From contig NC_092680.1 in the NCBI RefSeq assembly GCF_964355755.1, forward strand, positions 16,749,045 to 16,813,044: a stretch of 64,000 bases of DNA, written 5' to 3'. The notes under the pieces were generated by a model. The model worked only from the letters and a program-made list of their open reading frames with translations. It was not told the origin of the DNA and ran no database searches. The first letter of the stretch is position 1; the number at the start of each line of letters is the position of its first letter. Shown piece after piece: positions 50,580 through 62,051 of this stretch. Position numbers and translations under genes: made by a program. This DNA is from Antedon mediterranea (lineage: Eukaryota > Animalia > Echinodermata).

Positions 50580-53500
50580 ATGGGCGTAAAGAGGATTCCT
50601 GGTTCAGAACAAACTGTATTTAACCGGGCTACTCTAAAAACAGACCCTTTACATCTAGCCCAAGAAAACGTTATGGATGCTGTCAGGAAAGCGACACCAA
50701 AACATCATGAAATAGGTATGCTTAATATTCTAGCCCTAGCCTAGATAGGCCAGAGGGTCTCGTGCGACGGGTTTCGTTGGCCGCCGTAACGATCGGCCAG
50801 AGTGTAGGCCTGTCTACTAGGTAGGCCTAGCCTATTACTACTGTATGGTTACGAAGTGGCACAAATTGCGGGCGCATAGTAGCTACATAATAATCCACAT
50901 GCTACGCCTATTAATTGTACTTTTAAATACTGACTGTTTATTCAAAGTGTGCTGTGATGTGTTTATCTACAAATTATTATAAAATAATACTGTAGTACTG
51001 ACAGTACAGAAGAGTTTGTAATCTAAACTTCATTTAGGCTAATCCTATGTAATTAATGAAATATGATACAATAAAATAAACATTTTTCACCTATTTATTT
51101 AGAAAACTTCCAACGTTATGCAGGTTTTGGAATCGGTATTGCAAGTCTGTTAACTGAAAATGTGCTGTCGCATCCATTGATTGCTTTTAGAAGACAATGC
51201 CAGGTAAAACAGTAGCACATCCATTCTTCTTATGCATATTGTTAATTGTATGACCCACTAGAGCTATACGACCCCGGGAGAGGTGCATCATTTACAAATA
51301 ATTACTGACGCAGGGGTGCGTCAAAAAACCTAGAAGGTACGTCACATCAATGAACGATGGTGTGTCAATGTCCGTCACTTTACCACTCAAAATATCATAA
51401 TTGCGTAAAAAAGTCACATTTTTTACGCAAGGATGTGTTATAGTATTGATAAGGTATGACACACATCGGACAAACGACGCACCTCTCCCGGGAGTCGTAT
51501 AGTGGGTCATAAATTGACAAGTGCATTATAGTACTACTGTAGTCCGATTAAAGATGAAAATGTACAGAATCCTTACATCTGTCTTTAAATTATTTTAATT
51601 ATCTTTCAAATCTTATCGAATTTATTTTAGCTTCACTTTAAAATTAAATAAAAAGGTTATTAAATTCCTGGGTTTATTATTAGTAACACTATCAAAAATT
51701 AGATTTTTTTTTTTTTTTTTCAGGTGAATTGTCAGAGTTTTCGTTACCACTTAACTCCCTTCACGGTAATTCAAGTTATGACAACTCTGCAAAGAAATCA
51801 GGTATTAAAGATATCCATTAGGAGGCTAAATGTCATTGAAGTTTGTGCGTCAACAAGGAACATTTTCTCTAATTTGCTATTGACGGACTAAAGCTCTGTC
51901 TACACTATCAAACTTTATGTGACTACATGTGGTGTGCCCATATATCATATCACTACCATATGTGTGCATATCACTTCCATATTTGTGCACTCACATTTTT
52001 TTGTCACATAAAGTTTGATAGTGTAGACAAAGCTTTATGATAAAGTTATAACTGGGGGTCAATGCTACAGTAGACTGTTTTAATGTTCGAAATGCACAAC
52101 CCCACTATTCTAAAGCTCTGTCTACACTATCAAACTTTATGTCACAAAAAATGTAATGTGCCCAAATATGGTAGTGATTATGATGTTATCGTGTCCATAT
52201 ATGAGAGCATCACATATTTTTGTCACAAAGTTTTAGACAGAGCTTATTATACAATCCTACTCTTAATTTTGATATTATAATAGCAAGCATACTGTGTTTT
52301 TTTTCATTGACTTGTAAAAATGTACCTTGTTTATCATTACAGTAATTGTTTATTATTTATATTATTTAACAGGGGTTTACTGCATTGTGGAAGGGAATCC
52401 CAAGCACAATAATGGTACAAGGTATCGGCATGGTAACAGAGACAGTAATCAGTGAAGCGACACCTTTCCCAAAGTAAGGATTAGCAATTTAGATTTTGAT
52501 TTATTGGAATTCCTCCTCTCTAAATAAAATTTAAATAAATAATCATTGACAAAGAAACAATTTAACAGAACATCCCTTACAGTTATACAGGTACCAAACA
52601 TAAAGATTGATAGTGTACACAATGCTTAACTAGTGGTGTATATTTACTGGAAACTACATATTCTTCCCAATGCAAACTAGTACTAAACTTTGACTCTGTT
52701 TTTCAGAGACGTGCATTCACATAGTTCATTAAAGCATTTCATTGGTCATGTGATCCTGAAAGCAATTAGCTGTGTTGTGACTCTACCAGTGTATGCTGCC
52801 AGTCTTGTTGAAACAGTGCAGGTACTGTACCATACTACCCTAAAAACAAGCACGAATGTGCGATACTCGGGGTACAGCAAAAGAAGCTGTAATGACGTCA
52901 TAAGACGGGATGTGACGTCACATACACGTCAATAACCTCGCTACCAAATAGTAGTTTATACCATCTTCGAGACGTCATATGGCTGCATCCGGTTTGAAAT
53001 TTTATATAGCTTTGAGGACATGTCCCTGTAGTATATTCATGCCAAATCCCAGCTCAATACTACAACGAATAAGGGAGGAGTAGTACTTTATAAACCACAC
53101 TTTTTACTCAATAGTGTCGGATGGAAGAAAAGAAGATGAGAGAGTCCTAGACTCGGGTACCCCGAGTAATGATTAAAATTACTGCTTTAACAGTGAATAT
53201 ACAGTAATAATTATACTGAAAGATTAGAGTGGAGCTGTGACTTGGTGATTATGATGCTCGGCTACCAAGCCAAGGGTCCTGGGGTCAAGTCCTGTCAGTG
53301 TCAGGATTTTTTCTAATATAAATAATGACAATTTATAACTCCATTCCCAAAGTATTATAATAAGACTTAGTAAGTAAGACTTAATAAGAAACCTTTAAGA
53401 AGGATAAAGTCAAATTTTTGCTATATTTTTTTCTATTGTTTGCCGGTATAAACTTTAATGAAATGTACTTGAATGTTACATACTGTTTATTTTCAGAGTG

Positions 53501-54102
53501 AAATTGCAAGTGAATGTCCAGGACCATTTGATTGTCTTCGTGAAGGATTTTGTCGCGTTACAGGCTGGGGCGTACCTCAGACAACACGTATGATCCCACT
53601 TCTGTCGCTAGTAGTACCGTCAACCATCACAACACTTGTTCGATATATACTCACATCAGCAATCCAGTACACAATGTTATATTTTATTCATCAGCGACAA
53701 CGTAAAAAGTACATGGAAAACAACGAGGGAACACCTGCGGCAAGGTCAATGCTTGACGCCTACTTTCCTGAACTCTTTTCAGCTTTTACTGGACATCTTA
53801 TCATAGATACAGCATTGTATCCCGTGGAGACTGTCCTCCACCGATTACTGCTCCAAGGCACGAGAACAATTATCGATAACACAGATGACGGGCTGTCAGT
53901 GCTTCCAATCACAACGCAGTACTATGGATTCTGGGACTGTTTTACGGTAATACGTTACGAAGAAGGAATTACAGGTTTCTATAAAGGGTTTGGGGCACTT
54001 TTACTGCAATACGCAATTCACGCATTTATTTTAAAATCAACAAAATTTGTCTACATAAAATTAGCGGAAGAGTTTGGCATGGACAAGACACCAACTACGT
54101 AA
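50580..54102 (+). CDS. SLC25A46: Mitochondrial outer membrane protein SLC25A46; exons about 50580-50715, 51103-51203, 51724-51801, 52373-52473, 52708-52821, 53496-54102
   Basis: [27 protein letters not shown]...[50 protein letters not shown]. Confidence 0.95.
52846..53170 (-). mobile_element. Non-autonomous Helentron-associated element (HINE/DINE-like)
   Basis: Subterminal inverted repeats actcggggtac at both ends, a palindromic end actcgggtaccccgagt, and a short hairpin gcacgaatgtgc beside an A/T run. Confidence 0.6.
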
Positions 54103-54298
54103 AGTTGTATAATATAGTGAGATAATAACATTTATAAATTACTTTTAATATGGAAACGAATCAGCTTTACATGGTTGTGAATTTTACAATTCATTATTTT
54201 AAATGTGTTAAAGCCAAAGGTGCAAAAATCATACATTTATATATACGATAGATTATAAACAAATATATTTCATATTCAAGTTTGGACATATTGTTGTT

Positions 54299-54447
54299 TA
54301 AAGCTTGGTTCCCACTAGGATACACACACAAGCGCAATGCAAGTGAGTTGAGCAATCACAAGTGATAGATGGATTTGAACTGTCGCTTGTCATTGGTCAA
54401 CTCACGCTCACATCCTTTTGTTGCGTCCTAGTGGGAACCAAGCTTTA
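54299..54447. mobile_element. MITE family D (TIR aagcttggttcccactag); degenerate copies near 15870-15980, 22760-22866, 39755-39870, 44340-44443, 55310-55612
   Basis: Full TIR pair with TAA/TTA flanks; internal gattggtcaactcac..gcgttgcg motif shared by copies. Confidence 0.75.
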
Positions 54448-56116
54448 ATTAATTTTTACTTGAGGTCAAAATATTTATGGAAATTCTATCGATCTAGTTC
54501 ATACAATTACCAGCTATTTTTTCAGCTCACAGCTCCACAACATATATTGTTTCCTTTTTATTATGACTAATTCGATGCATGTATTACGATTAATGTACAC
54601 TGCTATGTATGATAGTGTCATATTATGTTTAATAGGATGGTGGTGTTAATTAAAATAAAAGTAAAAGTCAAGCATATTATGTAATTCAATCTAATTGATG
54701 ATATAAAACTTTTTCAGAACAATAACTTTCATAACTTTCCAATACATATCAAATGTGTCCGTTTACATGAGGTACCAAATGCATTCGTAAGAATGAAAGA
54801 ACAGGCGTTTGTCCACAATAAGAGGTGTTTGCTAATATGCGGTGTCCGCACAGAGAGGTTCAACTGTATTAAATGATTTTCAATACTAAATGAATTTCCT
54901 TTAAAGTACAGGAGTTTATTACAGAGGTTCTCTTGTATAACTACACCAGTGCAATCTAATGGAAGGCCATTCTGCTTATCAAGCAAAAGGTTGTTTTGAG
55001 TCTCGGTTTCCCTATATTAAAAAGTAATGTATTTATGTTATAGTTTACCACAGACCATTGAATTAAATCTGTTTGAGTACATGACCTATACTATATGCCC
55101 TGCACCTTGTTTATCAACTGTTTTCACGTTTTGAAAATCACTTTTATCTTAAGAAAATGAGAGTTTTTAAGCAATGTAATGTATTGATTATACAGTAATA
55201 TAAACAAAATACGTAGACATTTTAAACCTTTTTTTTTTGGTGGTCGATTTCATTTCACATACACGATCATTTACCATGTAGAAGTGTTCCGTGACGGTGT
55301 TTGTTTCGTTTGGTTCTCACTATTATAGGACGCGTACGCAACGCAAGGACTGTCTACACCATCAACGTTAATGTGACAAAAAAATGTGATGTACTATATG
55401 GACATGATGATGTCATATCACTACCGTATTTGGGCATATCACTACCATATTTGGGTTCATCACACCTTTTTTTTGTCATCAAATTAGTGTAGACAGAGCT
55501 TTAGCGCAACGCAAGTAATTTGACCAATTTCAAGCTGCGGATCATCATGCGAACGAACTGTCGATTGTGATCGGTCAACTCGCTTGCGTCCTATAGTGGG
55601 AACCAAGTTTTACTGCAAGTAAAACATAATGTAGTGTAACGGTATAGATAAATGTCATTGCTGTCGCCATTCATTCAGACCATGGAGGAAAAATCCTCCA
55701 TGTTCAGACACTACCACGTAAATTCACCCTCAATATTATAACAAAAAAATATATACTGTGTTCAACTGTGATTTTTATTTACACGATATTTTGCCGATTG
55801 ATGATATAGATAGATAGATATGCGACTTTAGTACTGTATCAGTAATAAAGTAGGCTTGATAAAGTTCAGTGCAGGATACTGATTTACATTTTGAAACCTT
55901 AAAACTATTAGGCCTAAAAACAATTATTATTTCACACGGTTCTTTTACAAATATTGTTAAGCCAACACAACCCATAACAGTTCATTATTTTATAGTAGAT
56001 ACACCTTGATTTGTATCTTGATTATAATTTGGTTCTAATATTACAAAATAGTCACAATGTAGGTTTTTATTATTCTTCAAGGATATCGATTTATCGATTT
56101 CTATATCGATAGAACC

Positions 56117-59100
56117 CTATTCGTCATCATTAGCTTCATCATCCTCATCAAAGTTTACATCCACTTCTGTTTTTGAAAATTCATTTGAAATGAATTGTTT
56201 TATATCATCTGGAAAACTACACTTATAGAGATTAATGTAGTATATCTCTGGAGCAATATTCACTAAAGAAGGTAATTGTGAATGATTGATATTTGTAAGA
56301 TTGTTACAGCTGATACCAAGGACGTTTAACTTCATTGTTATTCTTCTATTCGTACATTCTATTATCATATTGTCTATTATAATACCTGATAAACTGCATT
56401 TGTTCATGTTAAGAACTGTAAGTTCAGGAGAAATAGCAAATAGTGATGCGAGTGAACACCCACTGATTTTACTTAGGTTATTACCACTAAGATCCAAAAT
56501 TATCAATTTTAACAATAATTTACTGTCTACGCAGTGTAAAACCATGTCGTTTATAGTAATACCTGATAAACCACTGTCTTGTACTCTAAGCGTGTCAAGC
56601 TCAGAGAAAGTGGTAAATAACAAAGCCATGGAATAGCCAGTCACGTTAGTAAGACAATTGCCATTCATGTTGAGGTCATTCAAGTTCAACTGATGTGATG
56701 TTTGACTTAACTTCTCCATCATATCATTAATTATCTGTCCTGACAAATTACAACTACTCATGTCAAGCATTAACGTCTGCAAAACAGAACCCAATAATGA
56801 CGCCAGCAGTGTACCATTGATAGTGCTCAAGTTATTACTACTAAGATCGAGAGAAGTTAATTCCAGTTTTACACTATTACAACAGTGTATGTACATGGCA
56901 TTGATAATCTCACCATCCAGAGTACAGTCACTCAATCTAAAGTCTGAGAGTTTGGGAGTAATGCTTATTAAGGAAGCTAAAGAAGCACCATCCAATTGGT
57001 TAAGGTTATTTCCAGCAACATTAAATGTACGTAATTCTAATTTTGCATCCATACCTGACAAACTATTTGTCATATCATTAAAAACATTGCCTGATAGATT
57101 ACACCTTTCAACCTGAAGAAAGTTCAGTTTAGGAGCCCTAGACATAATATAAGCCAATGAAGTGCCTTTGGTTGAACTTAAATTATTATTACCGATGTTC
57201 AATCTTTCTAACTCCAATGAGATTTTCCCAGAAAAAGATTTTACCATATCATTGAACACATGACCTGGTAGTCTACAGTTGTGCATGTCGAGATTTTTTA
57301 ATTTTGGAGCCATAACCATCAATGAAGCTAACGAGGAACCACAAAGATTGTCCAAAAAATTATCACTTATATCAATGGCGTCTAATAGCAATTTCTGTCC
57401 ATTACTATAACATTTCTTAATCATAGTATTCATAATTCCACCTGATAAACTACATTTTATCATACAAAGATTATTCAGTTTTGGAATGAACATTAATAAA
57501 GATGCTAGTAAAGAGCCATCGACGTTGCTAAGGTTGCTATCGCGGATGAATATTTTCTTCAAGGCTAATTTATGGCCCCTACTAGTGATCTCTTTTAGCA
57601 TTTCATTTATTACTACACTTGTAATAGATTCGTCTAAATTCAAAAATTCAAGTTTTGGCGCCTTGCTCAACAAGTGAGTTAGAAATGAAGAGGTTACAGA
57701 ACTTTGATACAAACTATAGCTTGTTACATCATACTTAAAATCTAGTTTCTTACATTCTGAGTTTAGATGCTCAATAACACTATCGCCCCAAGTTTCATGA
57801 ACTCTTTCCAAAAGCTTAGATTGATATGGTACAGCGATCATAATATGAGCTAACATTATACCCTTTTCTTTAGATGAACTTTCATTACTAATAACTTTGA
57901 TCAGTGTATCAGTTTCTGCAAAACAAGCTTGTAGTGGTTCAGAAAATACCGGACCTATACCGTGTATATTTCTTAAAAGGTCTATAAATTGGTAATCTTC
58001 GCTTACATCTTGGATCATATGATGAGCGCATCTCTTTAGTGAGCCACATACTCTATCAATATGCGGCTTTATTGATACATTCGACGTGCTCAGATGAGCG
58101 CTGAGTGCATTCTCCACCACAACTCTGTGTTCCTCTTTTACAATGCGTAATTGAGATATTAAGCTTCGATATGTCGTTAAACTATTTGTTATCCAATGAT
58201 TCAAGAATTTATCAGCGCTAGAGCCCAGGAAGCCAATTGCAAACTCTCTTGCTACCTTCAAGTGATCATTGTCTATTATACTATCCCATTCTCCTTCGTC
58301 CAGCAGTAAGTCGGTTTCCATAATCTCTTTTTCATTCATATTACCAGAAGACCTACTTAAACTCTCTCCTGTCTGTAGACTTAATTTATGGAAATAAAAT
58401 CCTACTAACGCCTCTAACAGTAACTTATGAGGAGCTGCAAAAGTATCTTTAAAGTCGTCTTTAGATGTCGGTGAATCTTTATACAGAAAGCCCAATTTTA
58501 AAGCCAACGCGATCGTGTCTTTATTGCCTTTTAGTCTTTTTCTGTTGATATACAGCTGGTTGATTTTGAGACTTTCATACATTCCTCTTCCTAATACAAG
58601 CATTGCGTCAATTAATTCACTTGGTGTATCTTGGAATTCATCTATATTCTGATCATTATTTTCCTCTCTGTTGTATTGGTTTAAAATACTTCGAAATACT
58701 CCTTCAAATAGAACCGTTTTTTCTGTTGGCAGATATTTCTTCTCTTCCCACATAATACAAACTGATAAAAGAAGCATCGGATTTCTACACATCGAATACA
58801 CTTCCGGATGTTTGTCCCCACATTCTTCTTCTTCATTAAGTTCAAGTTCTTCAATAAGAGATTTTCCTAAATCGGGTGCTTCAAAATATTTAAAGTGCTT
58901 CGTAATGTATTTCTTTATGTTTTCGGGATTAAAACCTTTAACTTTAACATGCACATCGCTTTCTTTTATGTATTCATCTATGTTTTCTGACCGTGAAGTA
59001 AGTATCACTACACAATTTTCCATTTCTTCTCCTTTGATCAGATTTATCGGATCATCAACTCCAATCTTTAATTCGTCTAACCCATCCAAAAACAAAACTA

Positions 59101-59383
59101 TTTCATTTTCATGATCAAGGATGAATTTTTTAATTAATCTTGGATTTTCTGGAAGTTCAGTCTTCAAACTGAAATGCTTTAATTTTATGCGTTTCACCAT
59201 TACATCTAGGATATCTTCACCACTGTTTATGTCTCTGATATTACCAAGAAATAATATTTTGCCTTGGAAAGTAAGATCTGTTTCCTTCGCCCATCCATAA
59301 GACAGATATCTAAGTAATGTCGTCTTTCCAATACCACCTTCCCCATCTATAAGAACTTTGCAAGTAGGTGTTGACTTGATCAT
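56117..59383 (-). CDS. NACHT NTPase plus RI-like LRRs (1088 aa ORF of the NLR gene)
   Basis: Walker A GEGGIGKTT, Walker B LFLDGLDE, sensor ILTSR, NPMLL, winged-helix FAAPHKLLLE, LRR pairs of about 57 aa, acidic tail. Confidence 0.95.
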   Translation of the reverse strand: MIKSTPTCKVLIDGEGGIGKTTLLRYLSYGWAKETDLTFQGKILFLGNIRDINSGEDILDVMVKRIKLKHFSLKTELPENPRLIKKFILDHENEIVLFLDGLDELKIGVDDPINLIKGEEMENCVVILTSRSENIDEYIKESDVHVKVKGFNPENIKKYITKHFKYFEAPDLGKSLIEELELNEEEECGDKHPEVYSMCRNPMLLLSVCIMWEEKKYLPTEKTVLFEGVFRSILNQYNREENNDQNIDEFQDTPSELIDAMLVLGRGMYESLKINQLYINRKRLKGNKDTIALALKLGFLYKDSPTSKDDFKDTFAAPHKLLLEALVGFYFHKLSLQTGESLSRSSGNMNEKEIMETDLLLDEGEWDSIIDNDHLKVAREFAIGFLGSSADKFLNHWITNSLTTYRSLISQLRIVKEEHRVVVENALSAHLSTSNVSIKPHIDRVCGSLKRCAHHMIQDVSEDYQFIDLLRNIHGIGPVFSEPLQACFAETDTLIKVISNESSSKEKGIMLAHIMIAVPYQSKLLERVHETWGDSVIEHLNSECKKLDFKYDVTSYSLYQSSVTSSFLTHLLSKAPKLEFLNLDESITSVVINEMLKEITSRGHKLALKKIFIRDSNLSNVDGSLLASLLMFIPKLNNLCMIKCSLSGGIMNTMIKKCYSNGQKLLLDAIDISDNFLDNLCGSSLASLMVMAPKLKNLDMHNCRLPGHVFNDMVKSFSGKISLELERLNIGNNNLSSTKGTSLAYIMSRAPKLNFLQVERCNLSGNVFNDMTNSLSGMDAKLELRTFNVAGNNLNQLDGASLASLISITPKLSDFRLSDCTLDGEIINAMYIHCCNSVKLELTSLDLSSNNLSTINGTLLASLLGSVLQTLMLDMSSCNLSGQIINDMMEKLSQTSHQLNLNDLNMNGNCLTNVTGYSMALLFTTFSELDTLRVQDSGLSGITINDMVLHCVDSKLLLKLIILDLSGNNLSKISGCSLASLFAISPELTVLNMNKCSLSGIIIDNMIIECTNRRITMKLNVLGISCNNLTNINHSQLPSLVNIAPEIYYINLYKCSFPDDIKQFISNEFSKTEVDVNFDEDDEANDDE

Positions 59384-62051
59384 CTAGTTTAATCGGTTTT
59401 GGATCTATTTTTCTTTGGTTTTCTTTCATCAGGTCAAGATCGGTGAACATATGAGCTATGTCCACCTTATAGCGTGACTGCATAATTGCTGGTGTAAACT
59501 CATTTGCTTTTATGCAAAACTTCCGTTGTTGTTCAAAGAGGTACTCTCGAATAATCTCATCTGAAATGAAAAGTATTACTAACATATATTGCGAACATTT
59601 CTATAGAAAACAACAGATAAATAAAATTATCTGAAGATAATATTTTATATTCATCGATACATGTTATTGTTTAATAAATATCACCAAAATAGATTTGTGT
59701 CATGAAAAACCTCAAATATTCAATATAAACGCAATAATTTTGTATATTTAATATTGCCTACCTTTGTTTCTGATCTTTTGTCTTTTTGGTAGGGAAGGAC
59801 CCATATCTTCGTCTAGATAAAAGAAGTTTAAAACAATGTATGTTTTATATCTTATTTATATTACCATTTCAAAAGCAAAATTATTCTTTTTCGTTTGATT
59901 TTGCCTGAGTTCTTAACAAGTTTATTAACAATGAAAGCATAGTACAAATGAGTTCACTCCTCGTCCACATAAACAAAATGAAATATTACAATAATGTATT
60001 ATACATTATTAACCAGTTTAAAGATCTATTGTCCCACTGAAAAAAAACAATTTTTATTGAATATGCCATTTTATTGTCACATAATAGTTATCCACTTTGA
60101 ACAAAATTTGAATAAAAAAAAAAATTATTTACCTGCAAAAACTGTAATTTAAAGCAAAATATACATAGTCAAATTTTATATGAGAAAACATTTTTTCAAC
60201 TTTATTAAAACTACAAAATAACCTATTCAAAGTCTGATTTAGTTTTTCTTCATTTTTTATGTTTTTGTGGGACAATAGATCTTTAAGAAGATAATAACTA
60301 TAACCATATTACAAAAAAAAGTAGCTATTGAATTATTTTTCAAATGTTTACTTTAAATAGAAATTTTGAACGGTTTGAATATTCCCAAAATCATATACAA
60401 CAATAAGATAAAACTAACGTTTAATAAGCCTACCTTGGTATCTTGTCATTTGTCTTTTTGACTGTGATGTGCCCATTTCTTCATCTACATAAAATAATGT
60501 TATTAACAAATTATATATTAAAATTACGTTTTAAGTAAGTAGGTAGGTATTTTGAATTTGTATTGTTTTCATATAATTATCGTCATAAACTAATGACATT
60601 TTTGTTTTTTAATATTTTTTTTTAACTAGAAATGTTAAATTGGACTTTACTATTACCATGAATAAAACACCTGTCAGCTGACTCCATTCCATTTTGCTGT
60701 AAGACTTTTCTAAATGCTTCTATGTTTTCTTCTTTCAGTATCCCTTTAATTTCAAAATCCGTAATCAAGCTCCAACTGTCTTTATACATCTTAAGTCCTG
60801 GAAAGTTGTATCTTCCATCTAGGAACTCTATATTGGAATCAGTAAGTTCTTTGCCAAAATTTAAAATATTTATTCTGTGCTTTGTGAAAGATGTTACTTG
60901 GAGGGTATCAATATTCCTGAAGTGATACAGTTTCTCTTTAATTGTTGACTTAAAACCAGATTGTTTAGTTACTTTTACGGTGTCGTACAAAATGGTAAGA
61001 TTGTTTCGATTCAACTTCCCAGGGCCAACTAATTGAGACAGTAGTGCTATTACAGTTGTTGCTCTTTCCAGAGTTTGATTATCGTCTACGATGTCTTTGA
61101 ATAAAACTTTTAACATTCCAATGTGTCTAAGGCCATCATACCATGCTGCAATGTCCACGATTAGCTGCTTGAAATCGTCTTCAGATAGACCTACGGTTTA
61201 ATTCAAGAAATTTGATAATTTTCCTAACAACTGTGTGGTAATAAATGGACATCACCATACTTTTTGTTTGTTATTCCATGCGCATCCAACAGCAAGCAAC
61301 TCGCCAATTACAATTTATCGTGCTTATAAACGAAGTCTCATTTGAGGCTTAGGGAGTGGAGTTGAAAGAGTCGTGAGTTCCAACCCTGTCACTAGGTCAG
61401 GATTGAACCCTGGACCATGGGATTGGATAGCAACCACAAGCTACTGCTTTTCTGCCAATTTGGCATCTATGACTGGTGTTCCTCTTATATTCATGAGGGA
61501 ATATCTCTAGTTCATTCTTTTATTTTACCTTGGTTTAGTTTCAATCTGGACATCGACGACGCCGCCGCCGAATCCCCATCTTCATCTTCACTATCTAAAT
61601 AATTATAATTAACAATAACTCTAAAACCAGTTATAGATAAAGATACAATGCAGAAACGTAAAATGATAAAGTTTGATTTTTTATTTTGTTTTTTATTTAT
61701 TCGGTATAAAAACAATCACAACAATCCCAGCGTGCAAAAAAAACAGAACAAAATAGCAAGTAAGCAATCTTAATTACATATGAACGGGAGCAACAACAAA
61801 AAATACTACATTATTATAATTATTTTTCATATTAAAGTTTCACGATTATGTATTTGTGTTTTATAGAAATTCAAATAAGCCTATACTTTTACTTGTCTAC
61901 AAAAAATAATACAAATATACAAATTTAAAAAGTTTATACAAAAATATACTATTTTATTATCATAATTTAAATTTAAAAATATTATTATTATTATAGTTAG
62001 AATAATAATGCAATATAAACAGTAAAACTTACCACTTTCGTCAGATGACAT
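56117..62051 (-). pseudogene. NLR gene (tandem death-fold/DED-like, NACHT, LRR) with an apparent frameshift near 59383; exons 62033-62051, 61529-61594, 60657-61190, 60434-60484, 59762-59812, 56117-59560
   Basis: All introns phase 1 GT-AG. The last exon starts in the frame of ORF 59310-59585, while NACHT-LRR is in the frame of ORF 56117-59383. Confidence 0.7.

Noticed and set aside
56286-59114. Plus-strand ORFs within the NLR
   Set aside because: Antisense shadows of the long NACHT-LRR exon
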